DNA of 64,000 nt from Okamejei kenojei (taxonomy: Eukaryota): NCBI GenBank assembly GCA_035221665.1, contig CM069141.1, positions 36,580,001 through 36,644,000 of the forward strand, in the 5' to 3' direction. The position numbers were made by a program, and so were the translations under genes. The notes under the pieces are model-generated. The model was given only the letters and a program-made list of their open reading frames with translations, had not been told where the DNA came from and made no database searches. Positions 37,925 to 50,482 of this stretch are shown one piece after another; positions within the stretch are counted from its first letter, which is position 1; the number at the start of each line of letters is the position of its first letter.

Positions 37925-39000
37925 AACAAAGTGCTGGAGGAACTCAGCAGGTTATGCAGCTTATGTGGAGGGACAGCATTTCGAGTCAGTATCTGAAGAA
38001 GGAGAGTTACTATCGACTGACGTCTATTACAAACCCACTGACTCCCACAACTATCTCAACAACACTTCTTCCCACCCTGCTTCCTGCAACGACTCTACCC
38101 CCCTACTCCCAATTCCTCCATCTATGCTGCATCTGCAGTTCCTTCCTACACATATTATACCAGTGGTTAGGTTATGTCGGATTCTTGAGAATATATTACA
38201 GGGGAAAGCTGGCTCATTCTGGTGCACGTTAATCTATTAATAGAAGTTACAAAAACAAATATGCCTGGAAGCAAAGGTACAAACAACCGAAAAGTATGAA
38301 CATTGAATTCTACAATTTTAGGTAACCTCTGACTAACCTCCACCACATGCCCCCCACCCCATTCCACACCCTTTTCTCTTGTGTCCTCCCCTCCCCTGTG
38401 TCCCACCTGGAATCCCACCTATTTTTAGGGCATAGTGGAGCAGCACTATGCTCGGGTTCGATCCTGACTAATGGTGCTGTCTGTACAGGGTTTGTACGTT
38501 CTCCATGTGACCATGTGGGTTTTCGCCGTGTGCTCCAGTTTCCTCCCACTCCCCTAAGACCTACAGTCTTGTAGGTTAATTGGCTTTGGTAAAATTGTAA
38601 AATTGTCCCTGGTATGTAGGGTAGTGTGAGTGTATGGGGTGAGTGCTGGTCGGCACGGACTCGTTGGGCCAAAGGGCCTGTTTTCATGTTGTGTCTCTTT
38701 AGTTGAAAGTTTAAAGTAAAGTAAAGTCTGACGTGTCCTCCCCTCCTCTGACTTCACAATCCTGTCTCACGCCTTCTGTTTTTATCTCTAGCCTTCGTTC
38801 TAACCATTTGCCTATCAAAAGTCGCCCTCGACTGTGCCCACCTCTTATCTGCCATGCTTTGTCTTGCCACTCCCCTGATAGTTTTCTTCACTGCTCCTTA
38901 CAATCAGTCTGAAGAAGGATCTCGACTCAAAATGTCAGGCTGAGTTCCATCATCTTGTGTCCTATTGGGTAATAACCAGCATATGCAGTTCCTTGTTTCT
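37925..39000 (+). mobile_element. Decayed Penelope-like element with an inverted 5' tail, hosting an HE1 SINE
   Basis: ORF 37965..38240 (TDVYYKPTDSHNYL..SSHPASC); decayed HHR motif at 38909-38936. Confidence 0.7.
38428..38726 (+). mobile_element. HE1-like V-SINE
   Basis: gggttcgatcctgac B box, V-domain, CR1-like tail. Confidence 0.8.
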
Positions 39001-39429
39001 ACAAACAAACTATTAATCAAACAAATATCATCAAGAAAAATATGATCCACATATACCTGAGATGGTAGTGCTGAATTTGCAACTGTATGTGGCAGAAAAT
39101 GAACCTCTCCTCAAATGCAACGTGCAAACAATATTTTCTAGGTCACTTTGAATCATACTGGAAAGTTGTCTGGGCACTTTCTATCATAATTCTCACATGT
39201 GTGCGACAACCACATATCAAATAACATCATTCCATGTGCAGCTCTCTTTTTGCAGCTTTGCTGAAAAATTAGTTCCACCTGTCCTAGTCCAGTCAGTGTA
39301 TAGAGGGGTCCTGATGCAAAGTGATACTCCATTTACTTTCTCTTATTTAGACTCCCCATGTGAAAGTACCAGCACTCTCAGCTACCTACTAATCTCCATC
39401 TGCAGTTCCTCAATCATTGTGTGGGAAGG

Positions 39430-39710
39430 AACTGTAGATGGTAGTTTACACCAAAGATAGACTCAAAAAGCTGGAGTAACTCAGCGGGTCAGGCACCGTC
39501 ATTGGATAAAAGGAATGGGTGATGTTTCGGGTCAAGACCCTTCTTCAGACTGAGAGTCAGGGGAAAGGGAAACGAGAGATACAGAAGGTAAATAGAAAAA
39601 AATGAATGAAAGATATACAAAAAGCAATGATGATCAAGGAAAGGTAGAGTCCTTAGTGGTCCATTGTTGGCTGTGGGGTAGATGATGATGAATTATACAG
39701 ACTCAGTCTC
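39430..39710 (-). mobile_element. Solo Penelope 3' tail with HHR motif
   Basis: Reverse complement reads cagtctgaagaagggtcttgacccgaaacatc (39521-39552). Confidence 0.75.
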
Positions 39711-39907
39711 AGAAAGTCCTCGATCATTCTTTTCCCCTTGAATTTCAATCATTTGCAGCCCTACCGTCTAGACATTCTGATCACTCCAGCCCCAGACCTG
39801 ACCTCTAGATTCTCCAATTGCTCCTGATCCCAACATTTTTCAGCTCCCCAGAGTTCTTCTTTATCTCCCTGATTTAGGGCCCAATCTCAATATTGACCCA
39901 TCCACCG

Positions 39908-39976
<69 letters not shown>
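39908..39976. repeat. Poly-C homopolymer (69 nt)
   Basis: Direct reading. Confidence 0.95.
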
Positions 39977-39977
<1 letters not shown>

Positions 39978-40359
39978 CACCACTGATCGCTGGGCAGATG
40001 AACCACCCCCACATTCTGGGACACCATCTACTCTCCCCCACCAAACCCTTGGCCCAGACCTGTTCCCTCGCCTGTACTTTCTTTTGTCTGCCCCGAAATT
40101 TGTGAAGGAAAATGTGTAACAGTAACTCAATCGCTAAATTTTGGACCTTACTGAAATTTGCTGCAGTTGGCCCAAGACAAAGCCAATAATCCATCCTCAT
40201 TAATTTCTGGTCCACTATTTTGCAGACCAGTTTGCAATTTACTTTTTCTTTTCAGTCGAGTGGTTAAGTAAAAATTGAAGAGCTCTCTTGTGTTCTTTGG
40301 ATCACTTCTGTGTTGTATTCTCGGTTGAGATGTTATCAATGAAGTACAGGAGCCCAAAT

Positions 40360-40720
40360 TTTTATTTATTTCCAAAAATAAACTTTATTCAGAATTTATA
40401 AAACATCTAAAATAAGAACTATGAAAACTCTCATTCTCATCTTCTATGCATTTGTGTCATATTTAAAACTATTCTTTAACCAAGCACCCTTGCTACACTT
40501 GCGGGCCCCTGCGGTGATTCCCCTTCCCGTGTTTGAGGCGTGTCCCCTCCGGATTAAGCCCCTCAATGTCCTGCAGCAGAAGGACCCTCGACTGTGCTAC
40601 TCAGCAAAACAAAGCCTTGACATTGACTGCACCAAACTTCAGTGAGTCCCTCAGCACATAGTGCTGCAGTCTGGAATTGGCCAGTGGGTAAAATTACCTG
40701 ATGGACATCTCACTCTATAG
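40360..40720 (-). mobile_element. Tx1/L1-clade 3' fragment
   Basis: Same 3' block as 3790-4140 (ccaaaaataaacttt; cccctcaatgtcc; gcagtctggaat). Confidence 0.65.
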
Positions 40721-41774
40721 CAGTCTAAAATACCCAGGCAATAGCACCATTATTAGAAGTGAGGGCCGGCAGCCAGTGCTGGCATATTAATCCAAATTAT
40801 TTCTTTAAATACAGGAATTTATTTGAACTTGTTAACCAACTTTCAACAGTTTTACACCTTGTTAGACAGCAGATTACTGAGGTGTATTGGTGCTGTTTAC
40901 TTTTCTGACTTGTGGCATTGCAACTAATTATTAATCTTATAAATTCTATATCCAGTAGCATATGAACCATGCTATTACTTCATCACAGACAACTCCTTGT
41001 TATTTAATGTATGTTCAACAAGTCTCCAATATACCAATCCAATTACAGATATATTGCCAGAGAGAAGCTGCCATTTTAATTTCAATTATTTGAGTTGGAC
41101 AAAAAGCAAAGAAAGAAATTCCTACTTTTATCACCAAAATAACACTTCTTTCCTTTGGTAGACTCATGCTGCATCTACTGCAACTGGATTGAATCCACAT
41201 CTGTAACTTTACAAATATTTATATTTTATAGACTCCATTCTAGAGCATGACGCCAATAAATTGCATGAATTTGTAGAACTCAAACAGCTTATTTGGCACA
41301 AAATGTCAATATCAGAATTTATGTTCCACATGGACCTTCGTCCAATGCTAGAATGTTTACATTTATAGTCATTCTCCATTCTATCTCAATTTAATGCAAC
41401 ACTGTAAACTATGAAATGGTATACGTACCTCATGGTTCATAAAACCTGTAAAAATCTTGTTTTTCTTGTCCAGGGTCATAGTCATACAGCTACACTAGTC
41501 CCACCTGCCTGCATTTGGCCCATATCCCTCCAAACCTGTCCTATCTATAGTGCATTCAGAAAGTATTCAGATCCCTTCACTTTTATTACATTTTGTTACG
41601 TTACAGCCTTATTCTAAAATGGATTAAATTAATTTTTTTTATCATCAATCTACACACAATACGTCATAATATAAAAGTGAAAACAGGTGTTTAGAAATTT
41701 TTGCAAAATAATTAAAAATAAATAACTGAAATATCACATTTACATAAGTATTCAGACCCTTTGCTATGACATTG

Positions 41775-43427
41775 AAAATAGTAAGATTAAATGAGAACTT
41801 ACCAGTTTGAAGTTTGATCTTTATTTTATGAGGAGTTACGATGAGCGATTACGTGAAGAACCCCGCCAGTCGGCATGCACGTCAATCTTCAAAGCAGCGG
41901 TGTGAAATCACAGAAGAACAACAATTGAAGTATTATAGTAAGATTATAAACCTAGAACTACCAGATGAGCTTTGTGATATGAGGGTTGGGAGCGGTGGGC
42001 ACGTAATCGCTCATCGTACCTCCTCATAAAATAAAGATCAAACTTCAAACTGGTAAGTTCTTGTTTAATCTTACTATTTTACATCGGCGTCATGTGTGTG
42101 ATTCCGTGAAGATTTCACGTCGATTCAAATCCAGGCGTCTCACACTGCAATCAGTTGACTCAGGAGGAGTGAATATTAGCAATACATCGAAACATGATAC
42201 TTATTAACATGTTTAAGCTTTAATTCACAAATAAACAAATATACATTAGCGACTCCTCTCTCCCAGGGAGAAGCTATGAAACAGAACTTAAAACAGAATG
42301 GGCGAACACCCCGGCTTCAACAAGCGGCTTATTATAAAACCTTTGAAAAGTCAATTCATTTGACCATCCTGCGGCCATGAGGACATGGTCAAGAGGGACG
42401 TCCATTGTCCTCGCCGCTGACGTTGATGCCGCCCTGGTGGAGTGAGATTTAAAATTGTCAGTATTAACTCCTGCACACCCCAACACTTGCTTCAGCCATC
42501 ATGAAATGGTCTGTGCTGACACTTTCATATGCGGCTCTTTGTGGCTAATAAGCAATGCTTGCTCTGAGCCTCTAAGGCTGTTCATGACTTCAATATAACG
42601 CCACAAGTGCGCCATCACACACAGCCATAAATCCGTGGGATAAGCTGACAGTACAACCTTGAATCCGGACACCCGTGGTCTGCTTTGTTTAATTAGGTCA
42701 TAGATGTAAAATTTAACATCATTCTGTGAGGACACCATCCTGTCCAGGCGCAGTTTGTGCAAGGTCTGAACCCTTTGCGCTGATACAAGCACTATGAGCA
42801 TAACCAATTTAAGGGTAATCTGTGTTAAGGGCAAGGATGTGGCTGTACCCCATTGACGAAGCAGCGTCAGTACCATGCTTACATCCCAAATTTCAGAATA
42901 CCTAGGCTTTGGAGGATTAGAATTAAAAACACCCTTCATAAATCTGGAGATTAACGGATGAGATCCTATAAACTGAAGTTCTGACCCCAGAATAGGTACG
43001 AGGACAAAGTGCTCCTGGCACTGTTGATGGCACTATAGCTTAACCCTTGATTGAAATGTAAGTTGGACAGAAATTTGAGCACATCTGGGATGGAGGCTGT
43101 GTGGTATGTAATGTTCCCCTGTAAACAAAATTCCTCCCATTTCCTGACATGAGAGATGTACTGCCTTTTCGTACTATCCCTCCAGGATGCTGTGATGACA
43201 TTCACTGTCCGATTCGATAGTCCCAGACCCAGATATGGCCTTCTTAAAATCTGCAGATCAACAAATTTAGACGATCATACAATGGGTGTTGACCTCCAGT
43301 CAAAGGGTGCACTAACAGATTATGACATTTTGGAACCACCATAATAGGCTGTGTACTTATAGCCAAAATCAGAGGGAACCATGGCTGTGGAGGCCATTCA
43401 GGTCATCACGTGACTCCAAAGTAAAAT
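41775..43427 (-). mobile_element. Internally deleted DIRS1-like element (YR region plus termini only)
   Basis: 3' terminus at 41775, ICR ~42000-42113, only ~22 bp of the 5' terminus (43406-43427); gag and RT absent. Confidence 0.9.
42274..43250 (-). pseudogene. DIRS tyrosine recombinase pseudogene
   Basis: SYSAINSARS, SAQRVQTL, FKSHSTRAASTS, AAGWS..TFQRFY; split by stops and frameshifts. Confidence 0.9.
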
Positions 43428-43596
43428 TGAGCTTTGATGCATCCTGTTTCCATTGATCATCCTTGAGATGTTTCTACAACTTGATTGGAGTCCACAAGTG
43501 GTAAATTAAATTGATTGTACATGATTTGGAAAGGCACACACCTGTCTATATAGGTCCCGCAGTTGACAGTGCATGTCAGAGCAAAAACCAAGCCAT

Positions 43597-44064
43597 TCCG
43601 TATCCGACCTCTCGGTCCTGGGCCTCCTCCATGGCCAGAGTGAGCAACACCGCAAGTTGGAGGAACAGCACCTCATATTCCGCTTGGGGAGTCTGCATCC
43701 TCTGGGCTTGAACATTGAATTTTCTCAATTCTGTTAACCCTTGCTGTCTCCTCCCCTTCCCACCTCTCCCTCAGCCCTCGGGCCCTGGCATTCCATCTAT
43801 CTCTATCTCTCTCCCCCACCCTGGTCGCACTAGCTTCTCATTTTCACACCACAAACAGCTTACAATGGCTTGTTCCCTTTATCATCGATACTTTTTTGCA
43901 TATCTTTCATTCATTGTTCTTTATCTCTCCACATCACCGTCTATATCTCTCGTTTCCCTGATCCCTAACCAGTCTGAAGAAGGGTCTCGACCCGAAACAT
44001 CGCCTTTCTCCTTCGCTCCTTAGATGCTGCTGCACCCACTGAGTTTCTCCAGCCTTTTGTGTAC
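43597..44064 (+). mobile_element. Penelope-like 3' fragment with HHR motif (43974-44001)
   Basis: Near-identical to 33520-33987; flanked by ccat on both sides. Confidence 0.92.
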
Positions 44065-44066
44065 CC

Positions 44067-44905
44067 ATGAAGACGAAGGAATTGTCCGTAGACCTCCGAG
44101 ACAGGATTGTGTTGAGACACGGATCTGGGGAAGGGTATAAAACAATTTCTGCAGCATTGCATGTCCGGAAGAGCACAGTGGCCTCCGTCATTCTTAAATG
44201 GAAAGAACTTTGAAACCACCAGGACTCTTCATAGAGCTGGCCGCCCGGCCAAACTGAGCAATAGGGGGGAAAGGCCTTGGTCAGGGAGGTGACCAAGAAC
44301 CCGATGGTCACTCTGACAAAGCTCCAGAGTTCCTGTGTGGAGATGGGAGAAACTTCCAGAAGGACAATTATATCTGCAGCACTCCACCAAACAGGCCTTT
44401 ATAGTATAGTGGCGAGACGGAAGCCACTCCTCAGTAAAAGGCACATGACAGCCTACTTGGAGTTTGCCACATGGCACCTAAACAAGATTCTCTCGTCTGA
44501 TGAAACCAAGATTGAACTCTTTGGCCTGAATGCCATGTGTCACGTCTTGAGGAAACCAGGCACCGCTCATCACCTGGCCAATACCATAACTACGGTGAAG
44601 CATGGTGGTGGCAGCATCATGCTGTGGGGATGTTTTTCAGTGGCAGGAACAGGGGGAGTATTCAGGATCGAGGGAAAGATGAACGGAGCAAAGTACAGAG
44701 AGATCCTTGATGAAAACCTGCTCCAGAGCGTTCAGCACCTCAGACTGGGGCAGAGGTTCACCTTCCAACAGGACTGCAACCCCAAGCACACAGCCAAGAC
44801 AACGCAGGAGTGGCTTCATGACAAGTCTGTGAATGTCCTTAAGTGGCCCAGCCAGAGCCCGGTTTTGAACCCGATCTAGTATCTCTGGAGGGACCTGAAA
44901 TTAGC
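44067..44905 (+). pseudogene. Tc1 transposase pseudogene
   Basis: ATG at 44067; HTH region, [40 protein letters not shown] then a stop at the catalytic E position; frameshifted. Confidence 0.9.
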
Positions 44906-46445
44906 TGTGTATAGATTGATGATAAAAAAAATAATTTAATCCACTTTAGAATAAGGCTGTAACATTACAAAATGTGGAACAAATGAAGGGATCTAAATGC
45001 ACTGTATGCACCTTTCTAACTATTTCTTAAATGCTGTGATAGTCCTTGCCTCAATAATCTCCTCTGGCAGCTCGTTCCATACACCCACCACCCTTTGTGT
45101 GAAAAATTAACCCTCAGATTCCTATGAAATCTTTTCCCCTTCATCTTAAGCCTATGTCCTCTGGTCCTTGATTCTCCTACTCTGGGCAAGAGACTCCAAG
45201 CATCTACACGATCTATTCCTCTCATGATTTTATACTCTTCAGATTCACACAGGGGCAGACCTGTTATGTATTTACTGGCAATCAAGCTCAGTAACAGTAT
45301 ACAACTTTTCAGTTAGAGACATTCTACATTTTCTTAAATTAGTTAAATAACAGTAGGGCACTTAAAACAACATAGAATATTCCAAGTTAGCTTAATTTGG
45401 ATTAAAACCAAATGAAAATTGCTTTGACTAAATGGGGCTTTAGTGTGCATGAACACTTTGTTGCTGTTTGTTCTATATTAACTATAGACCAGTCTCTCCA
45501 TTTCCTGCATTAAAGTCTCTAGACGTAATGTCTTGCGCTGTGCTACTGAGTAATTTATTGAGACATTCCCCAGTGAAACACCCATCACATCGTAATGTTT
45601 TTCAAAAGATATGGTGCAGCTGCTCATGTGTGCAACAGCATCAGATTTTATTACATTAAATCTCATCACAAAACAGGAGACAAGAAAAATCAAATCTTCA
45701 GTATGGATAAATGTGGAAAATAATTCGTTACTTTCCGTTGCATGTTTGGATTACAGCATTTACTGATCCAAATTGCTGCATTTGGTTTGGAAATATCTCT
45801 GCATTAAAGTACATGAGTACTGCTTGAAATTAAATCCATTGAAGATAAAGCTTATCTAATTTGCCAGAAGATTTTGTAAATAGGTTACAGTTCCTCCTAA
45901 TTAGAATTATAATCATGTATAATAGTAAGATTAAATGAGAACTTACCAGTTTGAAGTTTGATCCTTTTTTTATGAGTAGTTACGTTGAGGGATCACGTGA
46001 AGAAGCCCTGCCAGGCACATGTGCGTCATACTTCAAAGCAGCGGCGTGAAAACACAGAAACAAATAGCCGAAGTAACATAGTAAGGCTTTTAGAAGTCTA
46101 GAACTACCAGATGATCTCTTAGATTATGAGGGTGGGAGCGGAGGGCACGTAATCCCTCAACGTAACTCCTCATAAAATAAGGATCAAACTTCAAACTGGT
46201 AAATTCTCGTTTAATCTTACTATTTTACTTCAGAGTCACGTGAGTGACTACGTGAAGATTTCAAAGCTCTGTATTTTCATGCCATAGATGCACTCCATAC
46301 GACAATCTGCTTCGGTTGACACAGTAGGGAATAAATGTTGAACATTGCTTCAAATTATTCATTAACTATTGTTAATAATAACAAAACCAGGAATAACCCC
46401 TCTGTCCCAGGGGGAATTACAAACAATGACAGAAAACAAAGCAAA

Positions 46446-47420
46446 TTAATTAAATGGAACCCAAAACAGCATGCCCAAACCGTGGCACTGTCTGTACAGG
46501 TTTGTCATAAAATTGAGAAAATGTTGCTTCTCTAGATCTGCGGCCGCGAGGATTTGGTCTAGCGGCACGTCCTGAGCCTTCGCCGCGGAGGTTGATGCCG
46601 CCCTGGTGGAGTGAGATTTAAAGACATGAGTGTCGACTCCAGCATAATTGAGAACCTGTTTCAACCATCTAGAAATAGTTTGTGCTGACACTCTTTTATA
46701 TGGCTTTTTGTGACTAATGAGCACTCCTGTCTCAGAACCTCTGAGACTCCTTGTTACCTTAATATATTGGCTTAAGTGTTTAACTACATATAACATTTGG
46801 TCAACAGGATAGGCTTTAAACATCATCTTGATTCCTGCCATACCAGGCCTGCTTTGTTTGATTAAATTATAAACATAGAAGGTAATATCATTTACAGACA
46901 AATGCATACAATCTATTTGTAACAATTGTAATGTTTGTACACGTTGTGCTGAACCAGCGCTATTAGCATAACCACTTTAAGAGTTAATCCCTGCATAGAT
47001 AATGAAGTAATTGGAGCCCATTGCCGAAGCAGTGTGAGAACAAGACTGATATCCCAGATTTCTGTACATCGAGGTTTCGGAGGGTTTTTATTAAAAATTC
47101 CTCTCATAAATCGGGATACTAACGGATGAGACCTGATAGGATGTTGTTCTGAAGACTGCCCTAAATAAGAGGACAATGCACTCCGAGCACTGTTAATGGC
47201 ACTATAACTCAGGTGCTCATCAAAACGCAACAGCAAGGAACTCCAACACATCACATATGCTTGCATTATGATAAGACATATTGGATTGTACACAGAACAG
47301 CTCCCATTTCTTTATGTGAACCATATATTGTTTTTGAGTGCTATTTCGCCAGCCTGCAGTGAGAACCTCCATGGCCCTGTTCGACAATCCAAGTCCTTGG
47401 AATGGTCTGGTCAGAACCTG
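46446..47420 (-). pseudogene. DIRS tyrosine recombinase
   Basis: WRNSTQKQY, SYSAINSARSALS, ISRWLK, FKSHSTRAASTS across frameshifted ORFs. Confidence 0.9.
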
Positions 47421-49210
47421 CAGACCAACAATTAATACGGTCATGTAAAGGGTGACTTTTTCCTGTAATCGGATGCACCAACAAATCACTGCAGCTGGGA
47501 ATCATCATGAATGGCTGAACCATCATTTGAAGCACTAATGGAAACCATGGTTGTGTTGGCCAATCTGGGACCACCAAAACGCCTGTGGCGGAGTCACGCT
47601 CTATTTTGGTGAGGCATTTCGGGTTGCCAAAATGGAGGAATTGCATAATAAATGAGTGCCCCCAATGAAACATATTTGGGCAACTGGTGATTTAATCTGG
47701 ATGCAAACAGATAAATCTCTGGCAACCTAAATCGAGTGACAATTGTGTGAAAAATTTTAGAATGCAACATCCATTCTATATTGTCATTAAACTTACGCAA
47801 CCTATTGTCGGCCACCACATTGTCTATACCTGGAAAATAAATGGCTGAAACCCAGATATGCCTTGAAATACACCAATGCCACATGATGTTAGCCAATTTA
47901 ACACATGATACTGATCGTGCTCCTCCCATATGATTAATATATGCCACTGCTGTGGTGTTATCAATCTGGAGTTGAATGCTTAAATCCTTCATTGAGGAGC
48001 AATATGCCTTTAACCCATAAAATGCCCCCAATAATTCCAAAGAATTTATCCCGTGTGTGTGGCGAATCAACCCTTCGTGTTCATGCCATCTATCCCCACA
48101 GCTAGACTCGGTGTCCGTAGCCCCCCATCCGAGAGCGCTTACATCAGTCTGTAATATCAGTGAAGGGTCTTGTACCAAAATGTTATTGGTACATTAACAA
48201 TCCACCACTGCAATTCTGCGAGAGCTGTGGTTGGTAACTGCATAACCCGATCAAAATGGCCTGCATTCGATTTTAGTGTTTGTTCTCGTGCTCTCTGCAA
48301 ATGTTGATAATGCAAAGGCCCGAAATGTACTGCAGGAAAAACTGCTACCCATTTCCCAATGACCTTAGCGACTTCTCGGATGGAGGGATAAAGTTTTTGT
48401 GGGAGGCAAGTACAGACATCAACAATATCCACAACCTTGGCTGTTGGTAATGTTACTGTCATATCAACTGAATGAATAAGAAACCCCAAATACTCAATAT
48501 TTTGGGTTGGCTGTAACTTGGACTTAGTTGGATGGACCAAAACCCTAATGACTCAAAAACACATTTTTTGGTTGCTGCAACCGATTCTTCAGCTGACTCT
48601 TTAGTGTTGCTGATAATTAAGATATCATCGAAATAAGCCATTACAATGTGATTATGGGCCCTTAATAGCCCCAGCACAGGTTTTAACAATTTAGTAAATA
48701 GCCTGGGTGCTGAACTTAATCCATTAGGCAATGCTTTGTATTGCCACAGCTGTCCCATCCAATTAAATTTCAAGTACCTGCGATAATGAGTACGAATTGG
48801 CACTGAATAATACGCATCTTGCAAATCAATAGTTGCCATATAACAGCCCTGTGATAGCAACTGTTTAGCAGTAACGAAGGTGTCCATTTTAAAATGCCTA
48901 TAGAGAACTGAAGAAATTAAGTGAGTGAGGTCCAGAACTACTCTACAACACCCATCTTTTTGAGGTCTGGGGAAAATAGTAGGCACAATTGTTGAGGATG
49001 AATAATTGCTTTCTTAATCATCATCGTTTACCTGTTCAGTCACTGGATCAGAAACCACCAACATTTTATTAGGCTTGTGCTGTTGAGGTGGATCTATCTC
49101 CGAGATAAACTCAATGGTAGACATGAGACAGTATTTAGTATAAACATATCAGACGTTATACAGCACCATTCATTAGAAAACAATTATAATCTACCTCCAA
49201 TAGGAGATTG
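47341..49210 (-). pseudogene. DIRS pol: reverse transcriptase, RNase H and Dam-like methyltransferase domain
   Basis: IDLQDAYYSV, LPNGLSSAPRLFTK, AYFDDILI; LQTDVSALGWGA, INSLEL, IDNTTAVAYIN; LFASRLN, YAIPPF, VVPDWPTQPWF. Confidence 0.92.
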
Positions 49211-49269
49211 GCCACCAGAACTTTATCGTTAACAAAATTCCCTGTACCTCTACAGTTGCCCTGTAAGTC

Positions 49270-50482
49270 TGTTGTCTGCCCATATTGGGGTTGTAGCCAG
49301 TCTATCTTGGTGGGTACCCTCGTTGCCCCACTGGCCTCCCCCTGCTGGGCCCAGCACCTGGATTGAACCTTCAGTATATTAACCCAGGTTTTCGAATAGG
49401 TGGCCTTGAAATGCTTGGCTACATTAAGCCACTTGTTTTGGCCTCATCATTAATTTCACAATTTTTTTTGACAAGGTCCGTTCCAAACGTGAATTCAGGC
49501 ATTTGTACATTAGTCGCCTTACATAGAGCAGCAAATTTTTGGTTGAGTGTTGGCCTGATGGCGATTTTCCCTGATGCAATTTACCTCAAAAATGCATTGC
49601 ATAAAATAGAGGACATCTTTTTAGAGTTTGAGTAATGATTGTCCCTTTGACCATAGTGCCAAATGCAGTAATTGCTGCAGCCACCAGTTAGAGGACATGT
49701 TGATACCGAACCTCCTGCCCCCTCATAGAAGATCTCATGGGTGCCCAGATAGCTGGGTTCACCGTGGGCACTTTCAGTGATGCACATTAAACAGGTGTCT
49801 TATATTTGTGTGTAGTCTCTTGCATCATAGCTTGCTGGAGCTGGTGAGATACTAAATAATTGATATTGCTGGCAAGGTATTCTTCCATTGCCTCACCAGT
49901 CCCCTCTGGAATAGCAAAACTCGTTGCTATTTCCGGGACACCTGGAGCATGGCTCTTGTGCGCTGGTGTTTGCACATAAGCAGGGACACCAGAATCAGGG
50001 TCAGCTGCATCCTGCTCTGCTTCTCCCAAATCATATTGTAGGGAGGCATCCTCCAGCCCTAAACAAGGCGCTGGAAGGAAATCCCCTTGCTGGTATTCCG
50101 TATATTGTTCTTGGTATGGGCCCTCTTGGCCAGCTGTCTGGGGAACTACTGGGGCCTTGGCCCCTTGTGTAATCAAAGTTTGGAGCATCTGCTCCATGTT
50201 TTCCATCCTCCCCCACATTCTTTTATTCTTTTATTTATCATCGTGGTCAGACAACACAGGTCTGTTAGACTTTCTCTTTGCCTTTCTATGGCTATCAGCA
50301 GCCTCAGGCTGCTTAGTATCTGGAGCTAGTGCAGAAGAGTCGCTCGCTATCATAACTGCTGCCGGTAAAACGGCACCCGGCATCGGAACCGGCGTTGCCG
50401 CGCTAATCTCCCGACCCGATCGAATTTGTGAATCCTCCCTGGACCCACGCTTAGAACGAATCCTCCTAACTGACAGCTCCAT
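49270..50482 (-). pseudogene. DIRS gag-like ORF1
   Basis: ORFs 50231..50482 and 49787..50218 in sense orientation upstream of pol; homologous remnant in the 9.9-kb copy. Confidence 0.6.

Larger units (their letters stand above)
41548..45004 (+). mobile_element. Tc1-family DNA transposon (IR/DR type) carrying nested DIRS and Penelope insertions
   Basis: TIRs (t/c)agtgcatt.../...aatgcactg, TA duplication (41546-47, 45005-06), internal direct repeat agtattcaga(t/c)ccct. Confidence 0.92.
41475..45235 (-). mobile_element. CR1 3' fragment split by a Tc1 insertion
   Basis: 'catatccctccaaacctgtcctatcTA' resumes as 'TAtgcacctttctaactatttcttaa'; ORF 45016..45285 (YKIMRGIDRVD..ESRTRGH). Confidence 0.85.

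Noticed and set aside
39861-40215. Poly-Pro / poly-Gly ORFs
   Set aside because: Translations of the poly-C tract; no coding context
46446-47760. Phage integrase / Dam methylase as prophage or bacterial contamination
   Set aside because: Both lie inside a DIRS element with ITR/ICR and RT; they are normal DIRS domains
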